64,000 nucleotides of DNA, from assembly GCA_965279525.1 (NCBI GenBank), contig CBDIIB010000003.1, forward strand, positions 448,001 to 512,000, in the 5' to 3' direction. This DNA comes from Tagaea sp. GTDB taxonomy: Bacteria > Pseudomonadota > Alphaproteobacteria > CACIAM-22H2. Positions 49,737 to 59,537 of the stretch are shown in pieces (within the stretch, counting starts at the first letter, position 1; every line of letters begins with the position of its first letter). Under the pieces are notes generated by a model. It saw only the letters and a list, made by a program, of their open reading frames with translations. It was not told the origin of the DNA and searched no databases. A program made the translations under genes and the position numbers.

Positions 49737-50921
49737 TCATTTCATCTTGCACTGGCTGGCGTAGGCATCGGCATGACCCGAGAAGATGATGCCGCGCATC
49801 TGGTTGACCAGGCGGCCCTTCTCGTCCTTGCCGATCTGCGTCAGGTAGTAGTTCTGGATCGGGAAGTGGTTCGTGTTGAACTTGAACGGCCCGCGCGTCG
49901 ACGGGAAGTTCGCCGCCATCAGCGCGTTGCGGAAGGCGTCCTTGTTGGCGATGCTGCCGCCGGTGGCCTTCAGGGCGGAATCGATCAGCATGGCCGCGTC
50001 GTAGCTCTGCGCGGCGTAGGGGCTGGGGATCCGGTTGTGGGCCGCCTCGAAGTCCGCGACGAACTTCTGGTTCGCCGGATTGCCGAGGCTCTCCGACCAG
50101 TAGGTCGACGCGAACATGCCGAGAGCGGCATCGCCCACGCCGGGCAGGATCGTCTGGTCGGCCGTGAACGAAGGCGCGAACAGCGGCACCTGCGGCATCA
50201 GGCCGAGCTGCGAATACTGGCGGATGTACGCGACACCCATGCCACCCGGATAGAAGATGTAGGTGGCGTCGGGGCGTGCGGCGCGCAGGGCCGCGAGTTC
50301 GGCGGCATAGTCGGTCTGGCCGAGCTGGGTGTAGACCTCGCCGGCGATCTCGCCCTTGAAGTAGCGCTTGAAGCCGGCGAGCGCGTCGCGGCCGGCGGGA
50401 TAGTTGGGCGCCATGATGTACGCGCGCTTGATGCCCGCGTTCGTCATGTGCTGGCCCATCGCCTCGTGCGTGTTGTCGTTCTGCCACGAGGCCGCGAAGA
50501 AGTTCGGGTGGCAGTCCTTGCCCGCGAGTTCCGAGGGACCCGCGTTGCCCGAGATCAGGAACACGCCGCGGCGCTCCTTCAGCACGGTGTCCGACAGGGC
50601 GAGCATGATGTTCGAGAAGATCACGCCGGTGACGATGTCGACGCGGTCGCGCTGGACCATGCGTTCGGCCATCGCCTTGCCGGCGTCCGGGCGGAACTGG
50701 TCGTCGCCGACGATCAGCTCGGTCGGCACGCCGCCGAGGCGTCCGCCGGCATGGCGGATCGCGAGATTGAAGCCGTCGACCATGTCGCGGCCGAGGCCGG
50801 CATTGGGGCCCGACTGCGTGGTGATGAGGCCGATCTTGACGCCCTGCTGGGCGGCCGCCGGCTGGACCACGAGCGCCGGTACGGCGATCGCGAGCGCGGC
50901 GAGGAGGGTTCTGCGTAGCAT
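49737..50921 (-). CDS. ABC substrate-binding protein, Liv/aromatic-acid type
   Basis: Signal peptide, KIGLITTQSG, GDDQFRP, NAGPSELAG, SWQND. Confidence 0.9.
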   Translation of the reverse strand: MLRRTLLAALAIAVPALVVQPAAAQQGVKIGLITTQSGPNAGLGRDMVDGFNLAIRHAGGRLGGVPTELIVGDDQFRPDAGKAMAERMVQRDRVDIVTGVIFSNIMLALSDTVLKERRGVFLISGNAGPSELAGKDCHPNFFAASWQNDNTHEAMGQHMTNAGIKRAYIMAPNYPAGRDALAGFKRYFKGEIAGEVYTQLGQTDYAAELAALRAARPDATYIFYPGGMGVAYIRQYSQLGLMPQVPLFAPSFTADQTILPGVGDAALGMFASTYWSESLGNPANQKFVADFEAAHNRIPSPYAAQSYDAAMLIDSALKATGGSIANKDAFRNALMAANFPSTRGPFKFNTNHFPIQNYYLTQIGKDEKGRLVNQMRGIIFSGHADAYASQCKMK

Positions 50922-50988
50922 CTGGAAGGCTCCCTTGTTCTTGGCGTTTATGGGCGGATTGTCGCAGGCACGGATTGGTCTCGCAAGG

Positions 50989-52629
50989 TCAGGCTTTGGG
51001 CGTTTCGCGCAGCTTGAAGCGCTGCACCTTGCCCGTTTCGGTGCGCGGGAGTTCGGCGACGAATTCCACGCTGCGCGGATACTTGTAAGGGGCGATCGTC
51101 GCCTTGACGTGGTCCTGGAGTTCCTTGGCCGTCGCCGCGTCGGCGTGGCGCGGGTCGCGCAGCACGACGAAGGCCTTCACGATGGTGCCGCGCTCTGCAT
51201 CCGGTGCGCCGACCACGGCGCATTCGCGGATCTTGGGATGGTCGAGCAGAACGCTCTCCACCTCCGGGCCCGACACGTTGTAGCCGGCGGTCACGATCAT
51301 GTCGTCGGTGCGCGCCTGGTACCAGAAATACCCGTTCTCATCCATCCGGTAGGCGTCGCCCGTCAGGTTCCAGCCGTCCTGCACGTATTTGCGCTGGCGC
51401 TCGATGTCGTCGAGATAGCGGCAGCCGGTGGCGCCGCGCACCGCAAGCCGACCGATCTCGCCCGGCGGCAGGCGGTTGCCGTCGTCGTCGAGGATGCAGG
51501 CCGTGTAGCCGGGGATGGCGCGCCCCGTCGCACCCGCGATCATGTCGTCCGGCGCCGACGCGATGAAGATGTGCAGCATCTCGGTCGCCCCCAGCCCGTC
51601 GATCAGCTTGATGCCGGTGTGGCGCTGCCAGCCTTCGAACACGGGCTTGGGCAAGTGCTCGCCCGCCGACACGCCCTTGACCAGCGAGGCGAACGCCTTG
51701 GCCGGCGCGTTCTCGGTCATCGCGCGATAGGCGGTGGGGGCCGTGAACAGGATCGTCGCCTTGCCGTCCGACACGATCTGCGGCAGCAGGTCGGGGCTGG
51801 CACGCTCGGCCAGCAGCGTGGAAGCACCAAAGCGCATCGGGAACGTGACGAGGCCGCCCAGCCCGAACGTGAAGGCGAGCGGCGGCGAGCCGGTGAAGAT
51901 GTCGTCTGCTTGCGGTTTCAGCACGTAGCGCGGGAAGGCGTCGCAGATCGCCATCACGTCGCGGTGGAAATGCATCGTGCCCTTGGCGGGGCCCGTGGTG
52001 CCCGACGTGAACGCGATCAGCGCCACGTCGTCGGCCGCTGTCGGGCAGTTGTCGAACGTCGCGGGCTTGGCGGAAGCGCGCTTCTCGAGCCCGTCGGGCG
52101 CATCGCCGTTGAAATAGAGGATGTCGCTGCAGACCGGCATGGCGGCCTTCGCCTTCTCCATCTCCTCGGCCAGCCGAACGTCGCACAGGGCCAGCGTCAC
52201 CTGCGCCTTGCCCAGGATGTAGCCAAGCTCCTTGGCGCGCAGCAGCGGCATCGTGGCGACCGCGATGGCGCCGGCCTTCAGAACGGCGAACCAGCACGCG
52301 ACCATCATCGGGTTGTTGGCCGCGCGCAGCAGCACGCGGTTGCCGGACTTGAGGCCGTAGTCTTCCACCAGCACGCGCGCGATCCGGTTGGCGTGCGCGA
52401 GGAGATCGGCGTAGGTCCAGACGCTTTTGCCGAAGCGCAGGCAGGCGCGCGGGCCCCAGCCGCGCGCGACGGCGGCATCGAGCAGTTCGACGCCGGCGTT
52501 CAGGTGCGGCGGGTAGTAAAGCTCGGGCAGGGCCGCGAACATCTCCGGCCATTCGCTTTGCGCCGGCAGGTGCGCGCGCGCGAAGCCGTCGACATGCGCG
52601 GACGGTCCGAGGGCGGGGCGCTCAGCCAT
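50989..52629 (-). CDS. 2-aminobenzoate/benzoate-CoA ligase family protein (AbmG-like)
   Basis: SAHVDGFARAHLP, FTSGTTGPAKGTMHFHRD, PPLAFTFGLGG, GATEMLHIFI, IAPYKYPR. Confidence 0.85.
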   Translation of the reverse strand: MAERPALGPSAHVDGFARAHLPAQSEWPEMFAALPELYYPPHLNAGVELLDAAVARGWGPRACLRFGKSVWTYADLLAHANRIARVLVEDYGLKSGNRVLLRAANNPMMVACWFAVLKAGAIAVATMPLLRAKELGYILGKAQVTLALCDVRLAEEMEKAKAAMPVCSDILYFNGDAPDGLEKRASAKPATFDNCPTAADDVALIAFTSGTTGPAKGTMHFHRDVMAICDAFPRYVLKPQADDIFTGSPPLAFTFGLGGLVTFPMRFGASTLLAERASPDLLPQIVSDGKATILFTAPTAYRAMTENAPAKAFASLVKGVSAGEHLPKPVFEGWQRHTGIKLIDGLGATEMLHIFIASAPDDMIAGATGRAIPGYTACILDDDGNRLPPGEIGRLAVRGATGCRYLDDIERQRKYVQDGWNLTGDAYRMDENGYFWYQARTDDMIVTAGYNVSGPEVESVLLDHPKIRECAVVGAPDAERGTIVKAFVVLRDPRHADAATAKELQDHVKATIAPYKYPRSVEFVAELPRTETGKVQRFKLRETPKA

Positions 52630-54073
52630 GCGCCGGCTCCGCCTCGTCGAACGCCGGGATCGCCGGATCGACGCGCACGACGTTGGACGGCGGCGAGTGG
52701 CGGCCGGTCCCGTCATAGGCCATCACGTGATAGGTATAGCCGATGCCGCCGAGCGCCAGCTTGTCGGTGTATTTCACACTCTTGACCGCTTCCACGACGC
52801 TCGCCGTGCCGTCGTCCTCGGCGCGGAAGATGTCGTAGCCCGCGATGTCGCCCAAAGCACGCGCCCATGACAGCTTGACCGTGCCCTTGTCGATCGTCGC
52901 CTTCAGGCCCGCACCGCCGGCCGGCCATTGGGGTGCATCCTTCGACAGGTCCTCGACGGGTGCCTGCGTGTAGCCCTTGGGCCACAGGAAGCAGCTCACC
53001 AGCTTGAAATTCTCGTCGAGCTGCTTGCACACGTTGCAGTAGATGCAGCGCAGGATCGCGTCCTGGCGCTTCTCTTCCACCTTGCGCACCCACGCCGGAT
53101 CGGCGAGGAGCTGGCGGGCCATGCCGATCATGTCGGCCTTGCCGTCGGCAAGCAGGCGCTCGGCATCGGCGGGCTCGCTGATCTTGCCGACCGAGACGAC
53201 GGGCACGTCGAAGCCGTGGCGGTTGATGAACTGCTTGATGCCTGCGGCAAGATGCACATGCGGCATCGGCGGGTACTGCTCGCCCGGCATGCAGCGGTCG
53301 CCCGAATAGCCGGTGTAGGGATAGAGCGGCGAGCCTTCCTTCTGGACGGCATCCTCGAACTTGCCGCCGACGGAAAGCGAGATGTAATCCACACCAAGCT
53401 GCGCCATGCGCAGCGCGATGCGCTGGCTGTCGGGCAGCGCGTATCCGTCCTTGATGGCTTCTTCCGCGAGGAAGCGCACGCCGACGGGGAAGTCCTTGCC
53501 CACGGTCTGGCGCACGCGCGCCATCACGCGCCCGAACATGCGCAGGCGGCCTTCCAGCGTGCGCCCGTCGAAACCGTCGCGCCGAGGATTGCGCCGCGAC
53601 AGGAACGAGGACAGCGTATAGGCGTGCGCCGAATGGAGTTCCACCCCGTCGTAGCCTGCCTCGCGCGCGCGCGCGGCGGCCGTGCCGAAGGCTTCGACGA
53701 TGCCGTCGATGTCGGCATCGGTCAGCATGTCGATCGTCTGGCGCCAGCCCGAGCGCGCGACCTTCATGAAGTGGATGATCTGCGGCACGATCTTCGACGG
53801 GCCGGCATCTTTGACCTGTTTGACGAGATCGCGGTGGCCGGGGACGAAATCGTCGCGCGACAGGCGCAGCAGCGGCCCCGATTTCGATTCATGCACCGCC
53901 GTCGCCTCGACGACGATCAGCCCGACATGGCCGGCGGAGTAGCGCACATAGCGGTCGATGATGCCCTGGTTGACGAAGCCGTCCTCGCCCGACAGCCGCG
54001 TGACCATCGCAGGCACCAGCACCCGGTTGGGAACGGTCATCGTGCCGACGCGCAAGGGTTCGAGCAGTTTCAT
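52622..54073 (-). CDS. NADH:flavin oxidoreductase (old yellow enzyme barrel) with Cys cluster and C-terminal fibronectin-III-like domain
   Basis: NRVLVPAM, GYDGVELHSAHAY, MARQLLADP, CIYCNVC...C; tail VKLSW...GYDIFR...YTD...YTYHVMAYDGTGRHSPPSN. Confidence 0.85.
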   Translation of the reverse strand: MKLLEPLRVGTMTVPNRVLVPAMVTRLSGEDGFVNQGIIDRYVRYSAGHVGLIVVEATAVHESKSGPLLRLSRDDFVPGHRDLVKQVKDAGPSKIVPQIIHFMKVARSGWRQTIDMLTDADIDGIVEAFGTAAARAREAGYDGVELHSAHAYTLSSFLSRRNPRRDGFDGRTLEGRLRMFGRVMARVRQTVGKDFPVGVRFLAEEAIKDGYALPDSQRIALRMAQLGVDYISLSVGGKFEDAVQKEGSPLYPYTGYSGDRCMPGEQYPPMPHVHLAAGIKQFINRHGFDVPVVSVGKISEPADAERLLADGKADMIGMARQLLADPAWVRKVEEKRQDAILRCIYCNVCKQLDENFKLVSCFLWPKGYTQAPVEDLSKDAPQWPAGGAGLKATIDKGTVKLSWARALGDIAGYDIFRAEDDGTASVVEAVKSVKYTDKLALGGIGYTYHVMAYDGTGRHSPPSNVVRVDPAIPAFDEAEPAHG

Positions 54074-54246
54074 TTTTCGCCGACCTCGGCAAGGCATTGG
54101 GGACAAAGACACGTGGCCTGCATGCCGGCTTCGGGAACCGGCATCACGACGTCGACATGCATGCACCAGCAATCGCCCTTCGGATCGCAGGCGAACAGGG
54201 CGCCGCAGCGCACGCAGACAAGCTCGCTCGCGGTCGCGGACGTCAC
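54070..54246 (-). CDS. cysteine-rich CWC family small protein (58 aa)
   Basis: [20 protein letters not shown]; GGAGG RBS; 4-nt overlaps with both neighbours. Confidence 0.8.
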   Translation of the reverse strand: MTSATASELVCVRCGALFACDPKGDCWCMHVDVVMPVPEAGMQATCLCPQCLAEVGEK

Positions 54247-55427
54247 GGCGCGGCCTCCGTATCGAAGGCGGCAAGCGTCTGGCCGGCGATGACGAGCTTC
54301 TGGATCTCGCTCGTGCCTTCGTAGATGCGCAGCGCGCGGACTTCGCGATAGAGCCGCTCGACGACGTTGCCGGAAACCACGCCCGTCCCGCCATGGAGCT
54401 GCACGGCCCGGTCGGCCGCGCGCTGGGCCATCTCGGTCGCGTAGAACTTCGCCATCGACGCCTCGCGCGTCACGCGCGGCGCCGCGACGTCCTTCGTCCA
54501 TGCAGCGCGATAGACGAGCAGGGCCGCGGCGTCGATCTCGGTCGCCATGTCGGCGATGGCGGCTTGGGTCAGCTGGAAATCGGCGAGCTTTCCGCCGAAC
54601 GCCTCGCGCGTCTTCGTGTAGGAAATGGCCTCGTCGAGTGCGCGGCGCGCGAACCCCAGGGCAGCCGCCGCGACGGTCGAACGGAAGATGTCGAGCGTGG
54701 CCATCGCGGTCTTGAAGCCTTCGCCCGGCTTGCCGAGCAGGGCCGCGGCCGGCACGCGGCAATCCTTGAACGCGAGCGTGGCGAGCGGATGGGGTGCGAT
54801 GGTGTCGATGCGCGCTTCGACCGTGAGGCCGGGCGCGTCGGCATCGACGACGAATGCCGACAGGCCCTTTGCGCCGGGCGCTTCGCCCGTGCGCGCGAAG
54901 ACGACATAGTGCGCGGCGATCCCGCCGTTCGAGATCCAGGTCTTGCGCCCGTCGAGCACGAAGGCATCGCCGTCGCGCCGGGCGGTCATGCGCAGCGCGG
55001 ACACGTCCGATCCGCCTTCGGGTTCCGACAGCGCAAAAGCCGCAAGGTGTGTGCCGGCGCGCGTGCGCGGCAGGTACTTCGCCTTCTGCGCCTCGGTCCC
55101 GAAAAGCGTGATCGAGCCGGTTCCCAGCCCCTGCATGGCGAACGCGAAATCGGCAAGGCCCGAGCGGTAGGCGAGCGTCTCGCGGATCAGGCACAGGGCG
55201 CGCACGTCGAGCGTGTCGAACGCGCCGCCATGCGACTTCGGCACGGCATAGTCGAGGAAGCCGGCATCGCCGAGCATCCTGGCGAACTTCTTCGTCAACG
55301 CGTCGACATCCGTTTCATTATGCGCCAGCGGCTCGACCTCCCGCTTCGCCCAGTCGTAGAGCTTTGCGGCGAGCGCACGGTGTGCGTCGTCGAAGAACGG
55401 CCAGCCGAGGAAGGAGCGGTCGGGCAT
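54243..55427 (-). CDS. acyl-CoA dehydrogenase (abm-cluster type)
   Basis: [42 protein letters not shown]. Confidence 0.9.
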   Translation of the reverse strand: MPDRSFLGWPFFDDAHRALAAKLYDWAKREVEPLAHNETDVDALTKKFARMLGDAGFLDYAVPKSHGGAFDTLDVRALCLIRETLAYRSGLADFAFAMQGLGTGSITLFGTEAQKAKYLPRTRAGTHLAAFALSEPEGGSDVSALRMTARRDGDAFVLDGRKTWISNGGIAAHYVVFARTGEAPGAKGLSAFVVDADAPGLTVEARIDTIAPHPLATLAFKDCRVPAAALLGKPGEGFKTAMATLDIFRSTVAAAALGFARRALDEAISYTKTREAFGGKLADFQLTQAAIADMATEIDAAALLVYRAAWTKDVAAPRVTREASMAKFYATEMAQRAADRAVQLHGGTGVVSGNVVERLYREVRALRIYEGTSEIQKLVIAGQTLAAFDTEAAP

Positions 55428-56227
55428 CAGTTCCCCTCGAAGACGGGCTTCTGCTTCGCCACGAACGCGCGATAGGCGCGCTCGAAATCGCCGGTCTGCA
55501 TGCAGATCGCCTGTGCCTGCGCCTCGGCCTCGATCGCCTGGTCGACGCCCATGTTCCACTCGTGGTCGAGCGCCTTCTTGGTCATGGCGTGCGCGAAGGT
55601 CGGTCCGTCGGCAAGTTCGCGCGCGAACCCCTGCGCCGCCGCCAGCAGCGCATCGGGCTCGACGAGGCGGTTGTAGAAGCCCCAGCGCTCGCCTTCCTCG
55701 CCGCCCATCGAGCGGCCGGTGAAAAGCAGCTCGGCCGCGCGGCCCTGACCGACGATGCGCGGCAGGATGGCGCACGCCCCCATGTCGCAGCCGGCAAGAC
55801 CGACGCGCACGAACAGATAGGCGACCTTGGCGCGCGCGGTCCCGAAGCGCAGGTCGGCCGCCATCGCGATGGCGGCACCGGCACCCGCGCAGATGCCGTC
55901 GATCGCGGCCACGACCGTCTGCGGGCATCCCCGGATCGCCTTGACGAGATCGCCCGTCATCCGCGTGAAGCGCAGCAGCTCGGGCATCTCCATGCCGACG
56001 AGCGGGCCGATGATCTCGTGCACGTCGCCGCCCGAGCAGAAGTTTCCGCCTGCCCCGGTGATGACGACGCTCTTGACCGCTTCGTCGTGGACGAGATCGC
56101 GGAACAGGTCGCGAAGCTCGGCGTAGCTTTCGAAGGTCAGCGGGTTCTTGCGCTCGGGCCGGTTCAACGTGATCGTCGCGACCTTGCCGTCGACGGACCA
56201 GAGGAAATGCTTCGGCGTGCGGGTCAT
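55427..56227 (-). CDS. enoyl-CoA hydratase family protein (abm-cluster type)
   Basis: [35 protein letters not shown]. Confidence 0.9.
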   Translation of the reverse strand: MTRTPKHFLWSVDGKVATITLNRPERKNPLTFESYAELRDLFRDLVHDEAVKSVVITGAGGNFCSGGDVHEIIGPLVGMEMPELLRFTRMTGDLVKAIRGCPQTVVAAIDGICAGAGAAIAMAADLRFGTARAKVAYLFVRVGLAGCDMGACAILPRIVGQGRAAELLFTGRSMGGEEGERWGFYNRLVEPDALLAAAQGFARELADGPTFAHAMTKKALDHEWNMGVDQAIEAEAQAQAICMQTGDFERAYRAFVAKQKPVFEGN

Positions 56228-56706
56228 GCGCGGGCTCCGGCGGCGGATGTCTTGAGCTTGGCGAGCAGGGCGAGCAGGCGCTTGATCTCCGCGGGCTCGA
56301 GTGCGGCGAACGCTTCGTCGATCCAGCGCTCGTGCGTGGGCAGCATCGCCTCGAACGCGCGCTTGCCCGCCGGCGTCAGGCTGACCCTTGCCGAGCGGCG
56401 GTCGCCCGCCTGCGCCTGGCGCACGATCATTCCGTCGGTCACCAGCCCGTCGACGAGCCCGGTCACGTTGCCGGCCGAGACCATCATGCGCTGCGAGAGT
56501 TCGCCCATCGTGAGCCCGTCGGGCTGGCCGCCGTCCTGCGCGCGCGAAAGCTGCGAGAGCACGTCGAAGCGCGGCAGCGTGATCGCGTAGGTTTCGCGCA
56601 GGCCCGCGCGCACGCGCGTCTCGATCAGGTTGGCGCAAGTCAGCAGGCGCAGCCACGCGCGCAGCTGCAGATGTTCGGAATTCTCGTGGCCGCGTTCGCG
56701 ATCCAT
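56224..56706 (-). CDS. MarR family transcriptional regulator
   Basis: [39 protein letters not shown]. Confidence 0.9.
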   Translation of the reverse strand: MDRERGHENSEHLQLRAWLRLLTCANLIETRVRAGLRETYAITLPRFDVLSQLSRAQDGGQPDGLTMGELSQRMMVSAGNVTGLVDGLVTDGMIVRQAQAGDRRSARVSLTPAGKRAFEAMLPTHERWIDEAFAALEPAEIKRLLALLAKLKTSAAGARA

Positions 56707-56713
56707 GTGGAGG

Positions 56714-57499
56714 CTAGACCTCGCCGCCGGCGACGGGCAGGGCAGCACCGGTAATGCCGGCCGCCGCATCCGAGCACAGATAGGCGACCAGCGAGGCGAC
56801 TTCGTCGGGCTGGACGAGCCGGCCCATCGGGTTTGACGCGGCGAAGCCCTTCACGACGCTGCCGGGATCCGAGCGGGTCTTGAGGGCGACGTTCTGGGCG
56901 GCATCGTGGAGCATCGGCGTGTCGGTATAGCCGGGGCACACGGCGTTGACGGTCACGCCCGTGCGCGCGAGTTCGACGCCGAGCGACCGGGTCAGCCCGA
57001 CCAGCCCGTGCTTTGCCGCCGTATAGGCCGACACGTAGGGGTATCCTTTGAGCCCGGCCGTCGATGCCACGTTCACGACCCGGCCCCAGCCGTCGGCGAC
57101 CATCGCCGGGATCGCCAGCCGGCTTGCCGTGAAGGCCGCCGTGAGGTTCAGCGCGATCATGCGCGCCCACATGTCGGGCTCGGTGCGTCCGATGGGTGCG
57201 GTTTCGGCACCGCCGGCATTGTTCACGAGGATGTCGACATGCTGGCTGCCGGCGGCCGCCGCGAAGGCCTGGCCAAGTGCGATCGCGTCGGTCACGTCGC
57301 AGGCGATCGCGTCGGCGTCGAGCTCGGCGGCCAGCGGGGCAAGACGATGCCGGTCGCGCGCGATCAGGGTGATGCGCGCACCTTGCTCGGCGAGTGCACG
57401 CGCAATGGCCGCACCGATGCCGCGCGAGGCGCCGGTCACGAGCGCGTGATGTCCGGCGAGCGAATGGGCGGGCGGGCGATCGTGTGGCGAACGGGGCAA
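56714..57499 (-). CDS. SDR family oxidoreductase (3-hydroxyacyl-CoA dehydrogenase-like)
   Basis: TGASRGIG, NNAG, YTAAKHG; TTG start after GGAGG. Confidence 0.88.
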   Translation of the reverse strand: MPRSPHDRPPAHSLAGHHALVTGASRGIGAAIARALAEQGARITLIARDRHRLAPLAAELDADAIACDVTDAIALGQAFAAAAGSQHVDILVNNAGGAETAPIGRTEPDMWARMIALNLTAAFTASRLAIPAMVADGWGRVVNVASTAGLKGYPYVSAYTAAKHGLVGLTRSLGVELARTGVTVNAVCPGYTDTPMLHDAAQNVALKTRSDPGSVVKGFAASNPMGRLVQPDEVASLVAYLCSDAAAGITGAALPVAGGEV

Positions 57500-57520
57500 G
57501 GCGGGGCCTCCCGGACGAAG

Positions 57521-57540
57521 ATATTTTAAGTCTAAAATAT
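57521..57540. promoter_or_regulatory. palindromic operator at the head of the abm-like operon (probable MarR site)
   Basis: ATATTTTA-AGTC-TAAAATAT, perfect 8-bp arms, about 20 bp upstream of the SDR start. Confidence 0.7.
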
Positions 57541-57570
57541 CCCGCCGGTCCCGACAAGTGGCCCCGTGGA

Positions 57571-58239
57571 CTATTTGTGGATGGTGGCGAGCCCCTGCCA
57601 CGACCCGAGGGGTGCCGGGTGTCCGGGCCAACTGCCCATCGTTCGGGCCACCGACGGTGTCTCGACCTGCGATCCCTCGACTTCGATGGCCGACATGAAC
57701 CGGATGTCGTGCGGTGCCGGGGCGGCAAACGGCATCACGAGGCGATGCCAGCCGTCGAAGTGGCCGCCCGTCGCGCGTGCATGCCACGTATAGACGGGGA
57801 CCCGCCGTTCGCGCGCGAGGATATAGACAGCGCGGATCAGAAGTGGCCCGAGCGAACGGCGCACCCGCGCCTCGTCGCCGAGCGTCGCGCCTTCCCAGTC
57901 GCGGCCGTCGCGCTCGGCGACGCGCGAACCGAAAATGCGATAGCGCAGGTCGGTCGTCCCCGGGATCGGGTCGACGACCGTCGAACGCGTGACGACAGCG
58001 CCGAACTCTTCGGTCCGGAAATCGCTCCAGTCCGGAAGCTGGCGGGTACCACGCAGCAGGTGCCAGCGCGTCAGGCACTCGCGATGGACCGCGATGGGGA
58101 CGTCGTCGAGCGTCGGCTCCCAGCATACAATCGGTGGCGCGAACTGCGTGTACTTCTCCAGGATCCCGTTACGGTTTTCCGCAAGCGCCGCGAGCACTTC
58201 TTCGAACGCAGATTCCAAGTCGGCGATGAGCGTGCCCAC
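57571..58239 (-). CDS. stand-alone PAS-like domain protein
   Basis: WHLLRGTRQLP..SDF, LRYRIFGS..AERDGRD, WHRLVMP pattern. Confidence 0.6.
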   Translation of the reverse strand: MGTLIADLESAFEEVLAALAENRNGILEKYTQFAPPIVCWEPTLDDVPIAVHRECLTRWHLLRGTRQLPDWSDFRTEEFGAVVTRSTVVDPIPGTTDLRYRIFGSRVAERDGRDWEGATLGDEARVRRSLGPLLIRAVYILARERRVPVYTWHARATGGHFDGWHRLVMPFAAPAPHDIRFMSAIEVEGSQVETPSVARTMGSWPGHPAPLGSWQGLATIHK

Positions 58240-58345
58240 CGAATTCCTCCAATTGTATGTCCGTATGCACTACAATCTTCAGAATTATAGCGCGCATGCC
58301 GACTCGACGGAAGCGCTACCAGGAAATTTAAATTTTCCGGGCGTT

Positions 58346-59470
58346 CTAGTTGCCGGGCGGATCGAGGCGCAGCAATGCCCCGTCCTGCGCATCGGTCAGC
58401 AGATGAACGCGGCCGGCTGCATCGACACGCACGTCGCGGATCCGATGTCCGAGGCTGGCCAGCAACTTTTCTTCCCGTATGACCTTGCCGTCGGCAATCT
58501 CCAGCCGGTGCAGGGCGCGGCCGGCAAGTGCGCCGACGAACACCGAACCACGCCACGCCGGAAAGGCGTCGCCGCGATACCAGGCCATGCCCGAAGGTGC
58601 GATCGACGGCGTCCACAGCGTGATGCCGTCTTCGATGCCGGTGCGTGCCGTTGCTTCGCCGATCGGCGTGCCGCTGCCATAGTTCCGGCTGTGCGTCACG
58701 ACAGGCCAGCCATAGTTGCGCCCGCCAAGAAGGCGATTGAGCTCGTCGCCGCCTTGCGCGCCATGGTCCGCTGCCCAAAGCGTACCTGCGGCATCGAGGG
58801 CGAGCGACTGGCTGTTGCGCAGTCCGAGCGCGAATATCTCCGGCCGATAGCCTTCGCGCCCGACGAACGGATTGTCGGCCGGCACGCTGCCGTCGTCTTC
58901 AAGGCGGATCAGCTTGCCGTTGAGATCCCCCGGCCGCTGGGAGCGCATGTCGTCGCGCCGGTCGCCGGTCGTGATGTAGAGCCTGGCGTCGGCGCCGAAG
59001 GCCAGGCGGCCGGCGAAGTGCATCGAGGTCGTGTTCGGCGGACTTGAATCGAAGATCGGGCGCAGGTCCTCGACGCGTCCGTCGCCAAGCCGGCCGCGCG
59101 CCACGCGCGTGACGGTCCCGCCGGCAACCTCGGCGGCATAGCTCAGGTACAGGATCCGGTTTTCGGCAAAGCGGGGATGGAGAGCGATATCGAGCAGTCC
59201 GCCTTGCCCGCGCGCCGCGACCGGCGGGATGCCGGCGAGGGGGGCGGCCTGCAGCGCGCCGCCGGCGACGACGCGCAGACGCCCCGGGCGCTCGGTCACG
59301 AGCATGCGCCCGTCCGGCAGGAAGGCGAGGCCCCACGGATGTTCGAGACCGGCCGCGATCCGCACGACGTGGAAGCGCGCCTTTTCGCTTGCGATGATGT
59401 CCTGCGCTAACGCACCTGCCGGAAGCCCGAGCAGGAGCGCCAGGATCAAGATCGTCCGGAACGCGCGCAT
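58346..59470 (-). CDS. PQQ-dependent sugar (aldose) dehydrogenase, secreted
   Basis: GLEHPWGLAFLPDG, GQGGLLD, HFAGRL, GLRN, GGDELN, NYGWP, RIRDV. Confidence 0.9.
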   Translation of the reverse strand: MRAFRTILILALLLGLPAGALAQDIIASEKARFHVVRIAAGLEHPWGLAFLPDGRMLVTERPGRLRVVAGGALQAAPLAGIPPVAARGQGGLLDIALHPRFAENRILYLSYAAEVAGGTVTRVARGRLGDGRVEDLRPIFDSSPPNTTSMHFAGRLAFGADARLYITTGDRRDDMRSQRPGDLNGKLIRLEDDGSVPADNPFVGREGYRPEIFALGLRNSQSLALDAAGTLWAADHGAQGGDELNRLLGGRNYGWPVVTHSRNYGSGTPIGEATARTGIEDGITLWTPSIAPSGMAWYRGDAFPAWRGSVFVGALAGRALHRLEIADGKVIREEKLLASLGHRIRDVRVDAAGRVHLLTDAQDGALLRLDPPGN

Positions 59471-59537
59471 CCTTGGCCTCCGTTGTGGACATTCTGCGGG
59501 CTTCCGGCACCGCATGGCCATCGGTTAGCATGCCCGC

